The notes: generated from the sequence alone by a model not told the origin. Shown: positions 19,417 through 28,805, counted from the first letter of the stretch. The stretch is 64,000 bases of DNA from Sphingobium sp. (GCF_035511395.1 NZ_DATKFP010000441.1:34213-98212), one strand, 5' to 3'. Numbers and translations are program-made.

Positions 19417-20967
19417 TTAGCGCGCGCCTTCCGCGTAATAGCGCTCCATATCGAGCCGCATCTGATGCAGCGCTTCCGGGTTCAGATAGACCATGTGGCC
19501 CGCCGGATAATATTTGAACTGGAGGTTCTGGCGCAGCTGCGGCTCCAGCATCATGTGCTTGAGGTCGCGCTCGGTCGAGAAGAAGGGCGTGGCCATATCA
19601 TACCAGCCGTTCAAGGACAGCACGCGCAGATGCGGGTTGGTGCGCATCGCGGCGCTGAGGTCGGCGGTCACGTCCGCAACATTCTGCTTGCCGCCTTCCG
19701 GGGGCGTATGGCTCCAGTCCCACTTGAAGTCGCCGCCTTCACGCGCGCTCAGGCGGTAGCTGAGGTCGGTCTTGTAGCCGATCTTGTTCGTCAACTGATC
19801 CAGGAAGCTGCCGACATAAAGGCCGGTGATGCCGGTGCTGGACGGATCATATTCGGGATCCTCGCCCGCCGCGTCGGCGTCAATGCCCTTGTAGCGGCTA
19901 TCGAAACGGCCGATCGTCTCATGTCCGTCGCGCAGCAATTCCTTGCGGAAGCGGGACAGGCTGACGCGCAGATTGGCGCGCTTCAGATAATCGACCGACA
20001 GGCCGGTGAAGCGGCTCAATTGCTGGGCGATCTGGTCGGTTTCTTCGGCGCTGATATCGGACCCTTTGAGCAGCGCTGTGGCATAAGGACCGTTGGCGAA
20101 CGTGCGCGATTCCTCGACAAAGGCTTCCAGGCTGGCGGGGCGGCCGCCGGGCACGCGGTTATGATACCAGGCGGTCGCGGCATAGCTCGGCAGATAGCCG
20201 ACATGGATCGCGTCGAAGCCCGACTGACGAATGCCGTAATTCATGATCGACGACAGCAGCACCACGCCGTTCAGCGCCAGTCCGCGATCCTCCAGCTGAT
20301 AGGCAAGCGCCCCCGACCGGGTCGTGCCATAGCTTTCGCCGAAAATATATTTGGGCGACGCCCAGCGGCCATTCTTCGTCGTGTAGCGGATGATCGCCTT
20401 GGCAAAGGCGTCCACATCCCCGTCGACGCTGTAGAAATCGGACGGCTTGGCGTCGCCCAATATGCGCGAATAGCCCGACCCGATCGTGTCGAGGAACACC
20501 ATGTCGGTGCTGCCGATCAGGCTGTCATTGTTCGGGCCGACGTCGAAGGGCGCGGGCTTGACCGCTTCGGGATTGCCTGTGCGGACATGTTCGGGCGCGA
20601 AGCTGCCCATGCGCAGCCAGAGCGAGGAGGAACCGGGGCCGCCATTATAAAAAAAGGTGACGGGGCGGTTCTTACCCGCCGCCGTATAGGCGGTGTAGAA
20701 CATGCTCGCGACCGGCTTGCCCTTTTCGTCGCGAATGGTGAGCGTGCCGGCGGTCTGGGTGTAGGGAATGGACTTGCCGTCCACGCGGGCCGTGCCCTTG
20801 CTGCTCTGGGCGACTTCCTCGACCGGCGCGCCGGCCCAGTTGGCCGCGATTTGCTCGGCGACCTTGTCGGCATGTTGCTTGGCGGCGTCGGGCGCGTCCT
20901 TTTGCGCGTAAGCAGGGGCGGCGAGGGCGATCAGGGAGGCGAAAGCGAAAATGGCGGCAGACCGCAT
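19417..20967 (-). CDS. Secreted serine carboxypeptidase (S10 family)
   Basis: Signal peptide; FFYNGGPGSSS, GESYGT (catalytic Ser), GWYDMATP, AGHMVY (His). Confidence 0.92.
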   Translation of the reverse strand: MRSAAIFAFASLIALAAPAYAQKDAPDAAKQHADKVAEQIAANWAGAPVEEVAQSSKGTARVDGKSIPYTQTAGTLTIRDEKGKPVASMFYTAYTAAGKNRPVTFFYNGGPGSSSLWLRMGSFAPEHVRTGNPEAVKPAPFDVGPNNDSLIGSTDMVFLDTIGSGYSRILGDAKPSDFYSVDGDVDAFAKAIIRYTTKNGRWASPKYIFGESYGTTRSGALAYQLEDRGLALNGVVLLSSIMNYGIRQSGFDAIHVGYLPSYAATAWYHNRVPGGRPASLEAFVEESRTFANGPYATALLKGSDISAEETDQIAQQLSRFTGLSVDYLKRANLRVSLSRFRKELLRDGHETIGRFDSRYKGIDADAAGEDPEYDPSSTGITGLYVGSFLDQLTNKIGYKTDLSYRLSAREGGDFKWDWSHTPPEGGKQNVADVTADLSAAMRTNPHLRVLSLNGWYDMATPFFSTERDLKHMMLEPQLRQNLQFKYYPAGHMVYLNPEALHQMRLDMERYYAEGAR

Positions 20968-21077
20968 GAAGGCTCCTTGCAACGATATGGTATATTATTG
21001 GCGACGGGCCGCACCATAGAAAGGTCGGCCCGTGGGGCAAGGGATATTGCGCTTTTGTAAAGCAGGGGTTGCCTTGA

Positions 21078-21249
21078 TCCCTCTCCCCACGGCGGAGAGG
21101 GCTGCGCAGACTTGGCAGCTTGCTGCCTTAGTCGTAGCTGGGTGAGGGGGATGCAACGTCGCCAGAAGAAGCCAGCATCGCGCCAGCCCAACTCCGCCTA
21201 GCCGCTACGCGGCAAGGCTTCGTATCCTTCTCTCCGACGGGGAGAAGGG
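21078..21249. repeat. Multi-hairpin intergenic element (ccctctcccc...ggggagaggg type)
   Basis: Terminal hairpins ccctctccccacggcggagaggg and ccttctctccgacggggagaaggg, internal palindrome gacttggcagcttgctgccttagtc. Confidence 0.6.
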
Positions 21250-21251
21250 TT

Positions 21252-22487
21252 TCACGTCTGTCGCAGCGCCTCGATCACCGCCGCCACATCCTCATCGCTA
21301 TTATAGACATGGGGCGAAAAGCGGATCGCCGGCATGCCGCCGACCTTCGACGCAGCAGTGGCGATCTTCGCCTGCCACAGCTTCGCGCGCATCGCGGCAA
21401 CGTCGCGGCCGGGAAAGGCGACGGTGATGACCGGCCCGGTGATCGCCGCCGCGCCGCTGCCGAAGGGTTTCGCCCCCGCTACGCCCGCCAGCGCCTGCCG
21501 CATCGAGGCTCCGCGTTCGCGCGCCGCCTGCTCGATCGCGGCCTCGCCCACGCCGTCCAGCACGTCCAGTGTCGCTGCGACCGCCATCAGTCGGGGATCG
21601 TCGCGCTGGCCCAATATCTCATATTTCTGCGCCGTGTTCAGGTTAGCCGGATCGGTCAGCCAATAGCCATGGCTCATCATGATCGGCTGCAATTCCGCCA
21701 GCCGCTCGCGCTTCACATAGAGGATGCCGCCCTCCAGCGGACCCATCAGCCATTTGTGCGTGCTGCCCGAATAGCTGTCGACGCCCAGCGCAGCGAGGTC
21801 CAGCTGCATCCAGCCGAAACTCTGCGCGCCATCGACATGCAGCCATATATTCCGCGACCGCGCGAGCTTCGCGATCTCCGCCACCGGATAGACGATGCCG
21901 GTGATATTGCTCATGTGCGACAGGAAGATCGCTTTGGTATCGGGCGTCACGGCGGCGGCGATGCCGTCGAACAGTTGCTGCGGCGTCTTCGCCTCGACCG
22001 GCACCGGCACGACATGCAGGTCCAGCCCCTCGCGCTCTGCCCGCAACTTCCAGCTGTCCCAGGTCGAAGGATGATTATGGTCGGTCAGGATGATCCGATC
22101 CCCGGCCTTCAGCGCCAGCCCGCGCACCGCCACCGTATTGGCCTCGCTCGCATTGCGGACCAGCGCGATTTCCTGCGCCGTGACCTTCAGCCGCCCGGCG
22201 ATCCGTTCGCGCAGAGCATCGGCGGCCTTGGGATAGAGCGCGCGCCGCTCGACCGATGGGTCGGTCTGGAATGCGCGCGTCTCCCGCTCATGGATCGCCG
22301 CCACGCTGCGGAAGGTCGGGGCGATATTGGCCGCGTTGAAATAGCGGATGGCGGGATCGAGGATCATCGCTTCGCGTAGCATCGGCTTTCCCGCCGCGCT
22401 CAGCATCTGCGGCGTCAGCGCCAGCGGCGCGGCGACGGCAGCGGCCTGCATCAGGGTGCGGCGGCTGATAGGCGGGCTGTCGGTCAT
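21252..22487 (-). CDS. Aminotransferase class V PLP enzyme with Tat signal
   Basis: SRRTLMQAAAVAA Tat motif; YFNAAN, RNASEA, HVDGAQSFG, SGSTHKWLMGP, RFSPHVYN. Confidence 0.85.
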   Translation of the reverse strand: MTDSPPISRRTLMQAAAVAAPLALTPQMLSAAGKPMLREAMILDPAIRYFNAANIAPTFRSVAAIHERETRAFQTDPSVERRALYPKAADALRERIAGRLKVTAQEIALVRNASEANTVAVRGLALKAGDRIILTDHNHPSTWDSWKLRAEREGLDLHVVPVPVEAKTPQQLFDGIAAAVTPDTKAIFLSHMSNITGIVYPVAEIAKLARSRNIWLHVDGAQSFGWMQLDLAALGVDSYSGSTHKWLMGPLEGGILYVKRERLAELQPIMMSHGYWLTDPANLNTAQKYEILGQRDDPRLMAVAATLDVLDGVGEAAIEQAARERGASMRQALAGVAGAKPFGSGAAAITGPVITVAFPGRDVAAMRAKLWQAKIATAASKVGGMPAIRFSPHVYNSDEDVAAVIEALRQT

Positions 22488-22664
22488 GCGCGTCTCCTCA
22501 CTCTTGCACGCGGTTCGACGGATGGCGCCGTCCAACCCGCCACATATGCCGGCCACCCCAATCCGCCACACTTGCCGCAACGCATCATTTCCTGTAGTGG
22601 CGCGCCCGATAGTCCTGGACAGGCGTGGTGCCGGCCGGGAGAACCCGATCCCAAAGGCAGATTC

Positions 22665-24482
22665 ATGTCCCTGCGTAATATCGCCATCATCGCGCACGTC
22701 GACCATGGCAAGACCACCCTCGTCGACCAGCTTTTCCGTCAGTCCGGCACGTTCCGCGAGAACCAGCGCGTCGAGGAACGCGCCATGGACTCGAACGACC
22801 TGGAAAAGGAACGCGGCATCACCATCCTGGCGAAGCCCACCTCGGTCGAATGGAACGGCACCCGCATCAACATCGTCGACACGCCCGGCCACGCCGACTT
22901 CGGCGGTGAAGTCGAACGCATCCTCTCGATGGTGGACGGCGTGATCCTGCTGGTCGACTCGTCGGAAGGCGCGATGCCGCAGACCAAGTTCGTGACCGGC
23001 AAGGCGCTGGCGCTGGGCCTCAAGCCCATCGTCGTCGTCAACAAGGTCGACCGGCCCGACGAGCGCATCCAGGAAGTGCTGGACGAAGTGTTCGACCTGT
23101 TCGTGACGCTGGACGCCACCGACGAACAGCTTGACTTCCCCGTCCTCTATGCTTCGGGTCGTAACGGCTATGCCAGCGAAGATGCCCAGCGCCGCGAAGG
23201 AACGCTGGAACCGCTGTTCCAGAAGATCGTCGACCATGTGCCGCCGCCGTCGCTGGATCAGGACGCGCCGTTCAGCTTCCTCGTGACGCTGCTCGACCGT
23301 GACAACTTCCTCGGCCGCATCCTGACCGGCCGCGTCCAGTCGGGCACGGTCAAGGTCAACCAGCCGATCCACGCGCTCGACGCCGACGGCAATGTGATCG
23401 AAACCGGCCGTGCGTCGAAGATCATGTCCTTCCAGGGCCTGGACCGCGTGCCGGTCGACGAAGCCAAGGCAGGCGACATCATCTCGCTCGCCGGTCTGAC
23501 CGTCGCGACCGTGGCCAACACCATTGCCGATCCGCAGGTCAGCACCCCGATCAAGGCGCAGCCGATCGATCCGCCGACCCTGTCGATGCGCTTTGCCGTG
23601 AACGATTCGCCAATGGCGGGCCGTGAAGGTAGCAAGGTGACGAGCCGCATGATCCGCGACCGTCTGGCCCGCGAAGCCGAATCCAACGTCGCCATCAAGG
23701 TGACGGAATCGGACGACAAGGACAGCTTCGAAGTCGCCGGCCGTGGCGAACTCCAGCTCGGCGTTCTCATCGAAACCATGCGCCGCGAAGGCTTCGAACT
23801 GGGCATCTCGCGTCCGCGCGTGCTGTTCGGGGAAGACGAGAATGGCGGCAAGACCGAGCCTTATGAAACCGTCGTCATCGACGTGGACGATGAATTTTCG
23901 GGTACGGTCGTCGACAAGATGAACATCCGCAAGGCCGAGATGACCGACATGCGTCCCTCGGGCGGTGGCAAGACCCGCATCACCTTCTCCGCGCCCTCGC
24001 GCGGCCTGATCGGCTATCATGGCGAATTCCTGTCCGACACGCGCGGCACCGGCATCATGAACCGCCTGTTCGAGAAGTACGGCCCCCACAAGGGCAAGAT
24101 CGAAGGCCGCAAGAACGGCGTTCTGATCTCGAACGGCGCGGGCGAGGCCAATGCCTATGCACTGGGTCCGCTGGAAGATCGCGGCATCCTGTTCGTCGGC
24201 GTGGGCGAAGCGCTCTATGAAGGCATGGTGATCGGCGAGAACGCCAAGCCCGAAGACCTTGAAGTCAACCCGATGAAGTCGAAGGCGCTGACCAACTTCC
24301 GCGCCAGCGGCAAGGATGACGCCGTCCGCCTGACCCCGCCCAAGAAGATGACGCTGGAACAGGCGATCGCTTACATCGACGACGATGAAATGGTCGAAGT
24401 GACGCCCAAGACCATCCGTCTGCGCAAGCGCTACCTCGATCCGAACGAGCGCAAGCGCATGAGCCGCGCCAAGGCCGCCTGA
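22665..24482 (+). CDS. typA: Translational GTPase TypA/BipA
   Basis: AHVDHGKTT, DTPGHADFGGEVER, NKVD, GRGELQL, EVTPKTIRLRK. Confidence 0.97.
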   Translation: MSLRNIAIIAHVDHGKTTLVDQLFRQSGTFRENQRVEERAMDSNDLEKERGITILAKPTSVEWNGTRINIVDTPGHADFGGEVERILSMVDGVILLVDSSEGAMPQTKFVTGKALALGLKPIVVVNKVDRPDERIQEVLDEVFDLFVTLDATDEQLDFPVLYASGRNGYASEDAQRREGTLEPLFQKIVDHVPPPSLDQDAPFSFLVTLLDRDNFLGRILTGRVQSGTVKVNQPIHALDADGNVIETGRASKIMSFQGLDRVPVDEAKAGDIISLAGLTVATVANTIADPQVSTPIKAQPIDPPTLSMRFAVNDSPMAGREGSKVTSRMIRDRLAREAESNVAIKVTESDDKDSFEVAGRGELQLGVLIETMRREGFELGISRPRVLFGEDENGGKTEPYETVVIDVDDEFSGTVVDKMNIRKAEMTDMRPSGGGKTRITFSAPSRGLIGYHGEFLSDTRGTGIMNRLFEKYGPHKGKIEGRKNGVLISNGAGEANAYALGPLEDRGILFVGVGEALYEGMVIGENAKPEDLEVNPMKSKALTNFRASGKDDAVRLTPPKKMTLEQAIAYIDDDEMVEVTPKTIRLRKRYLDPNERKRMSRAKAA

Positions 24483-24563
24483 TGTTTCAGGACGGCCCGA
24501 ACAAGGCCGCCTGATGTTTCAGGGCGGCCCGAACAAGGCCGCCTGATGTTTCAGGGCGGCCCG
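24471..24563. repeat. Three tandem 32-bp hairpin units overlapping the typA stop
   Basis: aaggccgcctgatgtttcagg(a/g)cggcccgaac starting at 24471, 24503, 24535; no spacers. Confidence 0.9.
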
Positions 24564-24587
24564 GATAACGCCGCGGCCTGATTTTCC

Positions 24588-24622
24588 GAAAGGCGGGGGA
24601 CATCAGCTTCCCCGCCTTTTTT
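24588..24622 (+). terminator. Intrinsic terminator after typA
   Basis: aaaggcggg...cccgccttttttg. Confidence 0.7.
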
Positions 24623-24856
24623 GTCGCTCAACCACAATCGGGATGCGGACCGGGCCTCCAATGCCCGTCTTGGTCCGTTGCGGAGCGATTCGTCTCGCGG
24701 CATCCGCATTGCGTCTTCGTGCGTTGTCGTGTCACTTTGACATCCGACGCGAACCGAATCGCAACCATGGGGGCGGTAGAGATGAATGGAAGGCTGGTCC
24801 TCCCCATGCCGATGATGGGTTCGGTAGCTGGGGGTTCAGGCAGGAGGAATGGTGGA

Positions 24857-25348
24857 GTGGTCGCAACCCTTCCAGCCTTGAGCGAGGGGGAAAAGCAGTG
24901 TCTGCGTCTGGTCGCGCAGGGCTTCAATTCCAAGGAAATCGCACGCCAGCTCCATGTGTCGGAGCATACGGTCGATCAGCGCGTGCGCACCAGCCTGCGC
25001 AAATATGGCGTCGCGTCGCGCAAGGAGGCAGCGCGCCTGTTCGTCTCGGGCGAGCCTGGAAACGGCCAGAATGACGCATATCAGCCATTGATATATCAAT
25101 CGGAGCCGCTTGCCTCCGATCCCGAACCTGCGTCATCCCTTGCTCAGCCGGACAGGCCGGATGAGCAGACGGAGCAAACCACTCTCCTGCGTCGCATCCT
25201 GGCCTTCGGCCCGCCGCTCGGGGGATCGACCAATGAACTGAGTACCGATGGCCGCATATTGGCGATGATCCGCGCAGCGGTTCTCACTGGTGTCGGCGTC
25301 ATCACGTTGCTGCTGCTCATTTCCGGAGCCTTCAAGGCGCTGGGTTGA
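24857..25348 (+). CDS. LuxR-type HTH protein with C-terminal transmembrane helix
   Basis: LSEGEKQCLRLVAQGFNSKEIARQLHVSEHTVDQRV HTH; C-terminal ILAMIRAAVLTGVGVITLLLLISGAF; AGGAGG 9 nt before GTG 24857. Confidence 0.82.
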   Translation: MVATLPALSEGEKQCLRLVAQGFNSKEIARQLHVSEHTVDQRVRTSLRKYGVASRKEAARLFVSGEPGNGQNDAYQPLIYQSEPLASDPEPASSLAQPDRPDEQTEQTTLLRRILAFGPPLGGSTNELSTDGRILAMIRAAVLTGVGVITLLLLISGAFKALG

Positions 25349-25411
25349 TCTTTCCAGAAAGACCATGCTGACAACGCACCGCCGGACGGCGTCGTGCGAA
25401 GGAGAAGACTT

Positions 25412-25759
25412 GTGCTGAACCTCGATACCGTCAAGACCCAGGCCGTCGCCGACCAGACCCGCCAGACCTTTGCCGCGATGGATACGGCGCTGCTCGACGC
25501 AGCACAGCTCACCACCGCCTTCATCGCCGCTGCGCAGGGTTCGGGTCTGACCGCCAGCGAGAGTCAGCGTATCCTTCAGCGCATCCACGAAGGTGCCGGC
25601 AAGATCATCGAGGGCCGCAGCGACATGATCCGCGCGACCGCCCTGTTGACGCGCTGTCTCGAACATAGCCAGATCGCCGTGACTGCCGTGGGCTGCCCGC
25701 TGGGCATGGATGCGCCCGCACAGGACGAAACGCCGCGTCACCTCACCCTGGTCGCCTGA
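25412..25759 (+). CDS. Hypothetical helical protein (115 aa) with a GCP motif near the C-terminus
   Basis: aaggag RBS before GTG 25412; strong GC3 codon bias; Ala/Thr/Leu-rich helical sequence. Confidence 0.8.
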   Translation: MLNLDTVKTQAVADQTRQTFAAMDTALLDAAQLTTAFIAAAQGSGLTASESQRILQRIHEGAGKIIEGRSDMIRATALLTRCLEHSQIAVTAVGCPLGMDAPAQDETPRHLTLVA

Positions 25760-25816
25760 TCGGGGAGCCGCCAGCATTGGCATGACCATAATTCTCCCCC
25801 GCAACTGGAAATGTAG

Positions 25817-26236
25817 ATGCTGGCGGCTTTTTTTTGGCTCCTGACCCTTTCCGCCTGTGCCTTCGCCATGGTCTATGGCGGCAGGGACGGGCGGTGGTTC
25901 ACGCTCGTCTTCCTGCTGAGCGTGCTGCTGACCATGCCGGCGCAGCTGGCCGGTTCCTGGCATGCCACGCAATTCTGGCTGACGATCGTCGATACTTTGC
26001 TGTTCGTCGGCCTGGTATGGCTGATGCTCCGCAGCACCAGCTATTGGCTGATCTGGGTTGCGGCCAGTCAGCTGATGACGGTGCTGACCCATATCGCGAC
26101 CCTGTTGCTGCATGGCTTTTCCGACAAGATCTACGAAGGGCTGAGCACGGTCTGGGTCATTCCGCTGCTGCTGTTCGCCATCATCGGCATCGAACTCGAC
26201 CGGAAGGCGCTTCATGACCGTTCATATCCCGCTTGA
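25817..26236 (+). CDS. Hypothetical membrane protein (4-5 TM)
   Basis: Several hydrophobic segments in 139 aa; overlaps the next gene. Confidence 0.82.
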   Translation: MLAAFFWLLTLSACAFAMVYGGRDGRWFTLVFLLSVLLTMPAQLAGSWHATQFWLTIVDTLLFVGLVWLMLRSTSYWLIWVAASQLMTVLTHIATLLLHGFSDKIYEGLSTVWVIPLLLFAIIGIELDRKALHDRSYPA

Positions 26237-26684
26237 ACGCACGGCGACCAGCCAGGAGGCGGTCGACCTGGTGGTCGCACTGCAACGGTGCCTCAACAAT
26301 TTCCATGCCCGCAAGGAAGAACCCGCAATTCTGGACGGGGAGGGCAGTGAACAATTGGCCGTGCTCGCCCGCTATCTCGAAGCGCGGCGATCGCGGGCAA
26401 CGCTGTTTGGGCAGAATCTCTTCTCCGATCCGGCCTGGGATATATTGCTGCTGCTGTATCAGGGCGAACTGGAGGGAAAGGCACTCACGCTGGAACAGCT
26501 CAGCGAAAAGTCGCGGCTGTCGCTGAGTGCGGTCGTCGGCCAGGTCGGTACCATGGAACGAAGGGGCCTTCTGGGCGAACATCATACCTCGCCCAACAGC
26601 CGCCGCCGCCGGGCCATTCGCCTTTCACCTTTGGCGATGGATGCTATGGCGTCCTGGCTGTCGTTGGCGTTCGAAGGGATTTGA
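26214..26684 (+). CDS. Winged-helix (MarR-like) DNA-binding protein
   Basis: RRSRATLFG..LFSDPAWDILLLLY, helix pair LSLSAVVGQVGTMERRGLL, wing RRRRAIRLSP. Confidence 0.75.
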   Translation: MTVHIPLERTATSQEAVDLVVALQRCLNNFHARKEEPAILDGEGSEQLAVLARYLEARRSRATLFGQNLFSDPAWDILLLLYQGELEGKALTLEQLSEKSRLSLSAVVGQVGTMERRGLLGEHHTSPNSRRRRAIRLSPLAMDAMASWLSLAFEGI

Positions 26685-26689
26685 GGTTC

Positions 26690-28009
26690 TTACCGAGCCA
26701 TTGGCAAGGTGACGCTGGCGCGCAGTCCGCCTTCGGTCCGGTTGGCAAAGGCCAGTCGCCCGCCATGGCTGTCGGCGATGTTGCGTGCGATCGCCAGCCC
26801 CAGACCGACACCGCCCGTCTCGCGATTGCGCGAAGCTTCGCCCCGGTAAAAGGGTTCACATAGCCGCTCGATCGTCGTGTCCGGTACGCCCGGCCCGTCA
26901 TCTTCCACCGACACGCTTGCCTGCCTGCCGTCGACAGCGATGGCTATCCGCGCTGCACCGCCATAGCGCACCGCATTTTCGACCAGATTGCCGATGCAGC
27001 GGCGCAGCGCCACGACATCGCCCAGCACCACGGCCCGGTCGCTCCGGATCACCGCCACCTCCTGCCCCATGTCGGACAGATCGTCGGCCAGCGTCTCGAC
27101 CATGGCGCTGAGGTCGATCCGCACCCGTGCGGCGGTATCGGCACCCTCGCGCATGAAGTCGAGCAGGGTCGTCACCATCGCCCGCATTTCCTCGACATCG
27201 GCCTGCGCCTTGGCGCGCGGACCGTCGGGCAACTGCTCCAGGCGAAAGGAGAGACGGGTCATCGGCGTCCGCAGGTCATGCGCGATCGCCACCAGCATCG
27301 CGGTTCGTTCGCTCAGATAGTCGGCGATGCGCGCGCGCATATGATTATAGGCGGCGCCCACGGCGCGCACTTCGGGCGGACCGGTCAGCGGCAGCGGCTC
27401 GGCGCGTTCGGGCCGCTCGGTCGCGGCGCCCTCCGCCAGGCGGCGGATCGGCTGCGTGATGCGGCGCGCCACCCAATAGGCCGGCAGCAGCAGCAGGATG
27501 AAGATACCCGCCATCAGCGACAGGGTGATGCCATACCAGCGCAAATTGGCGCCCTGCCAGGCCTGGACGACAGTCCAGCCGTCGCCCGTGCGCTGCGCGA
27601 CGACGAAGGCGCGGAACAAGGCTGATCGTGCGCTGTCAGACTGAGGCGGCAAGGGGGTGTCGCGCATCGAAGCGGGCGGGCGTTCGCGCAGCAGGCGAAC
27701 GTCGCGCGTCGGCACACCCAGCATGCCGGCGATCTGCGTACTTGCATGCCCATCGACCTCCTGCCCGACATCTGGCAAGGGCGCGCGATCGGAATGGTAG
27801 CGCGCTATGCTCCACGCCGCAGCCGTCGGGGCGGCCTCGCCGCGCAGCAGTTGCGCCGCCTCGGGCAGGAACATCGGCCGGGCATGGGGTGGCGGACCGC
27901 GAAAGGCGACCAGCATCATCGCGCCCAGCGCCAGCAACAGGGTCGCGGCGACCAACGCGACGATCCGCGTCAGGATCGATGGGTTCAGGCGATCCAGGTG
28001 TGAATTCAC
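26690..28009 (-). CDS. Sensor histidine kinase (HAMP-HisKA-HATPase)
   Basis: Two TMs, AIAHDLRTPMTR H-box, NLVENAVRY, EDDGPG, GGVGLGL. Confidence 0.93.
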   Translation of the reverse strand: MNSHLDRLNPSILTRIVALVAATLLLALGAMMLVAFRGPPPHARPMFLPEAAQLLRGEAAPTAAAWSIARYHSDRAPLPDVGQEVDGHASTQIAGMLGVPTRDVRLLRERPPASMRDTPLPPQSDSARSALFRAFVVAQRTGDGWTVVQAWQGANLRWYGITLSLMAGIFILLLLPAYWVARRITQPIRRLAEGAATERPERAEPLPLTGPPEVRAVGAAYNHMRARIADYLSERTAMLVAIAHDLRTPMTRLSFRLEQLPDGPRAKAQADVEEMRAMVTTLLDFMREGADTAARVRIDLSAMVETLADDLSDMGQEVAVIRSDRAVVLGDVVALRRCIGNLVENAVRYGGAARIAIAVDGRQASVSVEDDGPGVPDTTIERLCEPFYRGEASRNRETGGVGLGLAIARNIADSHGGRLAFANRTEGGLRASVTLPMAR

Positions 28010-28794
28010 GCCGTGCGGACCTCGGCGGTGAACATATAGCCCTCGTTGCGGATGGTGCGGACCAGATCCTCGCTACCTTCGCCCCTGGTGCCGCGCTCCA
28101 GCTTGCGGCGCAGGCGGCTGACCTGCACGTCGATCGCGCGGTCGTAGCTTTCGCTTTCGCTGCCCGCCGACCAGTCGAGCAACTGGTCGCGGCTCAAAAC
28201 CCGACGCGGATGCTCGATGAAGGCACGCAGCAGGCGGAATTCGCCATCGGTCAGCGTCACCACGACATTGTCGGGATCGGTCAGCAGCCGTGCGCCCATG
28301 TCGATCTGCCAACCGGCAAAGCGCAGCCTTTGGCCTCCTGAAACCGGTTCATCGACGGCGTTCCGGCGATGGCGACGCAGTACGGTTCGAATGCGCGCGA
28401 GCAATTCGCGCGGGTTGCACGGCTTGGGTAGATAATCTTCCGCCCCCATTTCCAGCCCCACGATCCGGTCGACATCGCTGCCGATCGCCGACAGCATGAT
28501 GATCGGCAACCCGCCGCGCGCCGACAGGCGCCGCAGGATCGACAGCCCATCCTCACCCGGCATCATCACGTCCAGGACGGCGATGTCGAAATCCTGCATG
28601 GCGATCGCACGGTCCATGCCGACGCCATCCGCCACCGCCGTCACGGCAAAGCCATGTTGTTCGAGAAAATCGGACAGAAGCGCGCGGATGTCCGCGTCAT
28701 CATCGACCACCAATATGCGTGAACCATCCATCGTGGCGGGTAGCATATCGGGTGAAGGGGTCAGCTGCAAAGTCATCCGCGCCATTCCTGTCAT
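28006..28794 (-). CDS. OmpR-family response regulator
   Basis: ILVVDDD, LDVMMPGEDG, KPCNPREL, DRAIDVQVSRLRRK, TIRNEGY; true start may be 28731. Confidence 0.93.
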   Translation of the reverse strand: MTGMARMTLQLTPSPDMLPATMDGSRILVVDDDADIRALLSDFLEQHGFAVTAVADGVGMDRAIAMQDFDIAVLDVMMPGEDGLSILRRLSARGGLPIIMLSAIGSDVDRIVGLEMGAEDYLPKPCNPRELLARIRTVLRRHRRNAVDEPVSGGQRLRFAGWQIDMGARLLTDPDNVVVTLTDGEFRLLRAFIEHPRRVLSRDQLLDWSAGSESESYDRAIDVQVSRLRRKLERGTRGEGSEDLVRTIRNEGYMFTAEVRTA

Positions 28795-28805
28795 ATCGGC
28801 TTCCC

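Noticed and set aside
21252-24089. 945-aa minus-strand ORF as a giant fusion
   Set aside because: Its N-terminal half is the antisense shadow of typA; the real gene starts at the Tat signal (22487).
24471-24563. Possible mini CRISPR array
   Set aside because: The 32-bp units abut with no unique spacers, the first overlaps typA coding sequence, and no cas genes are present.
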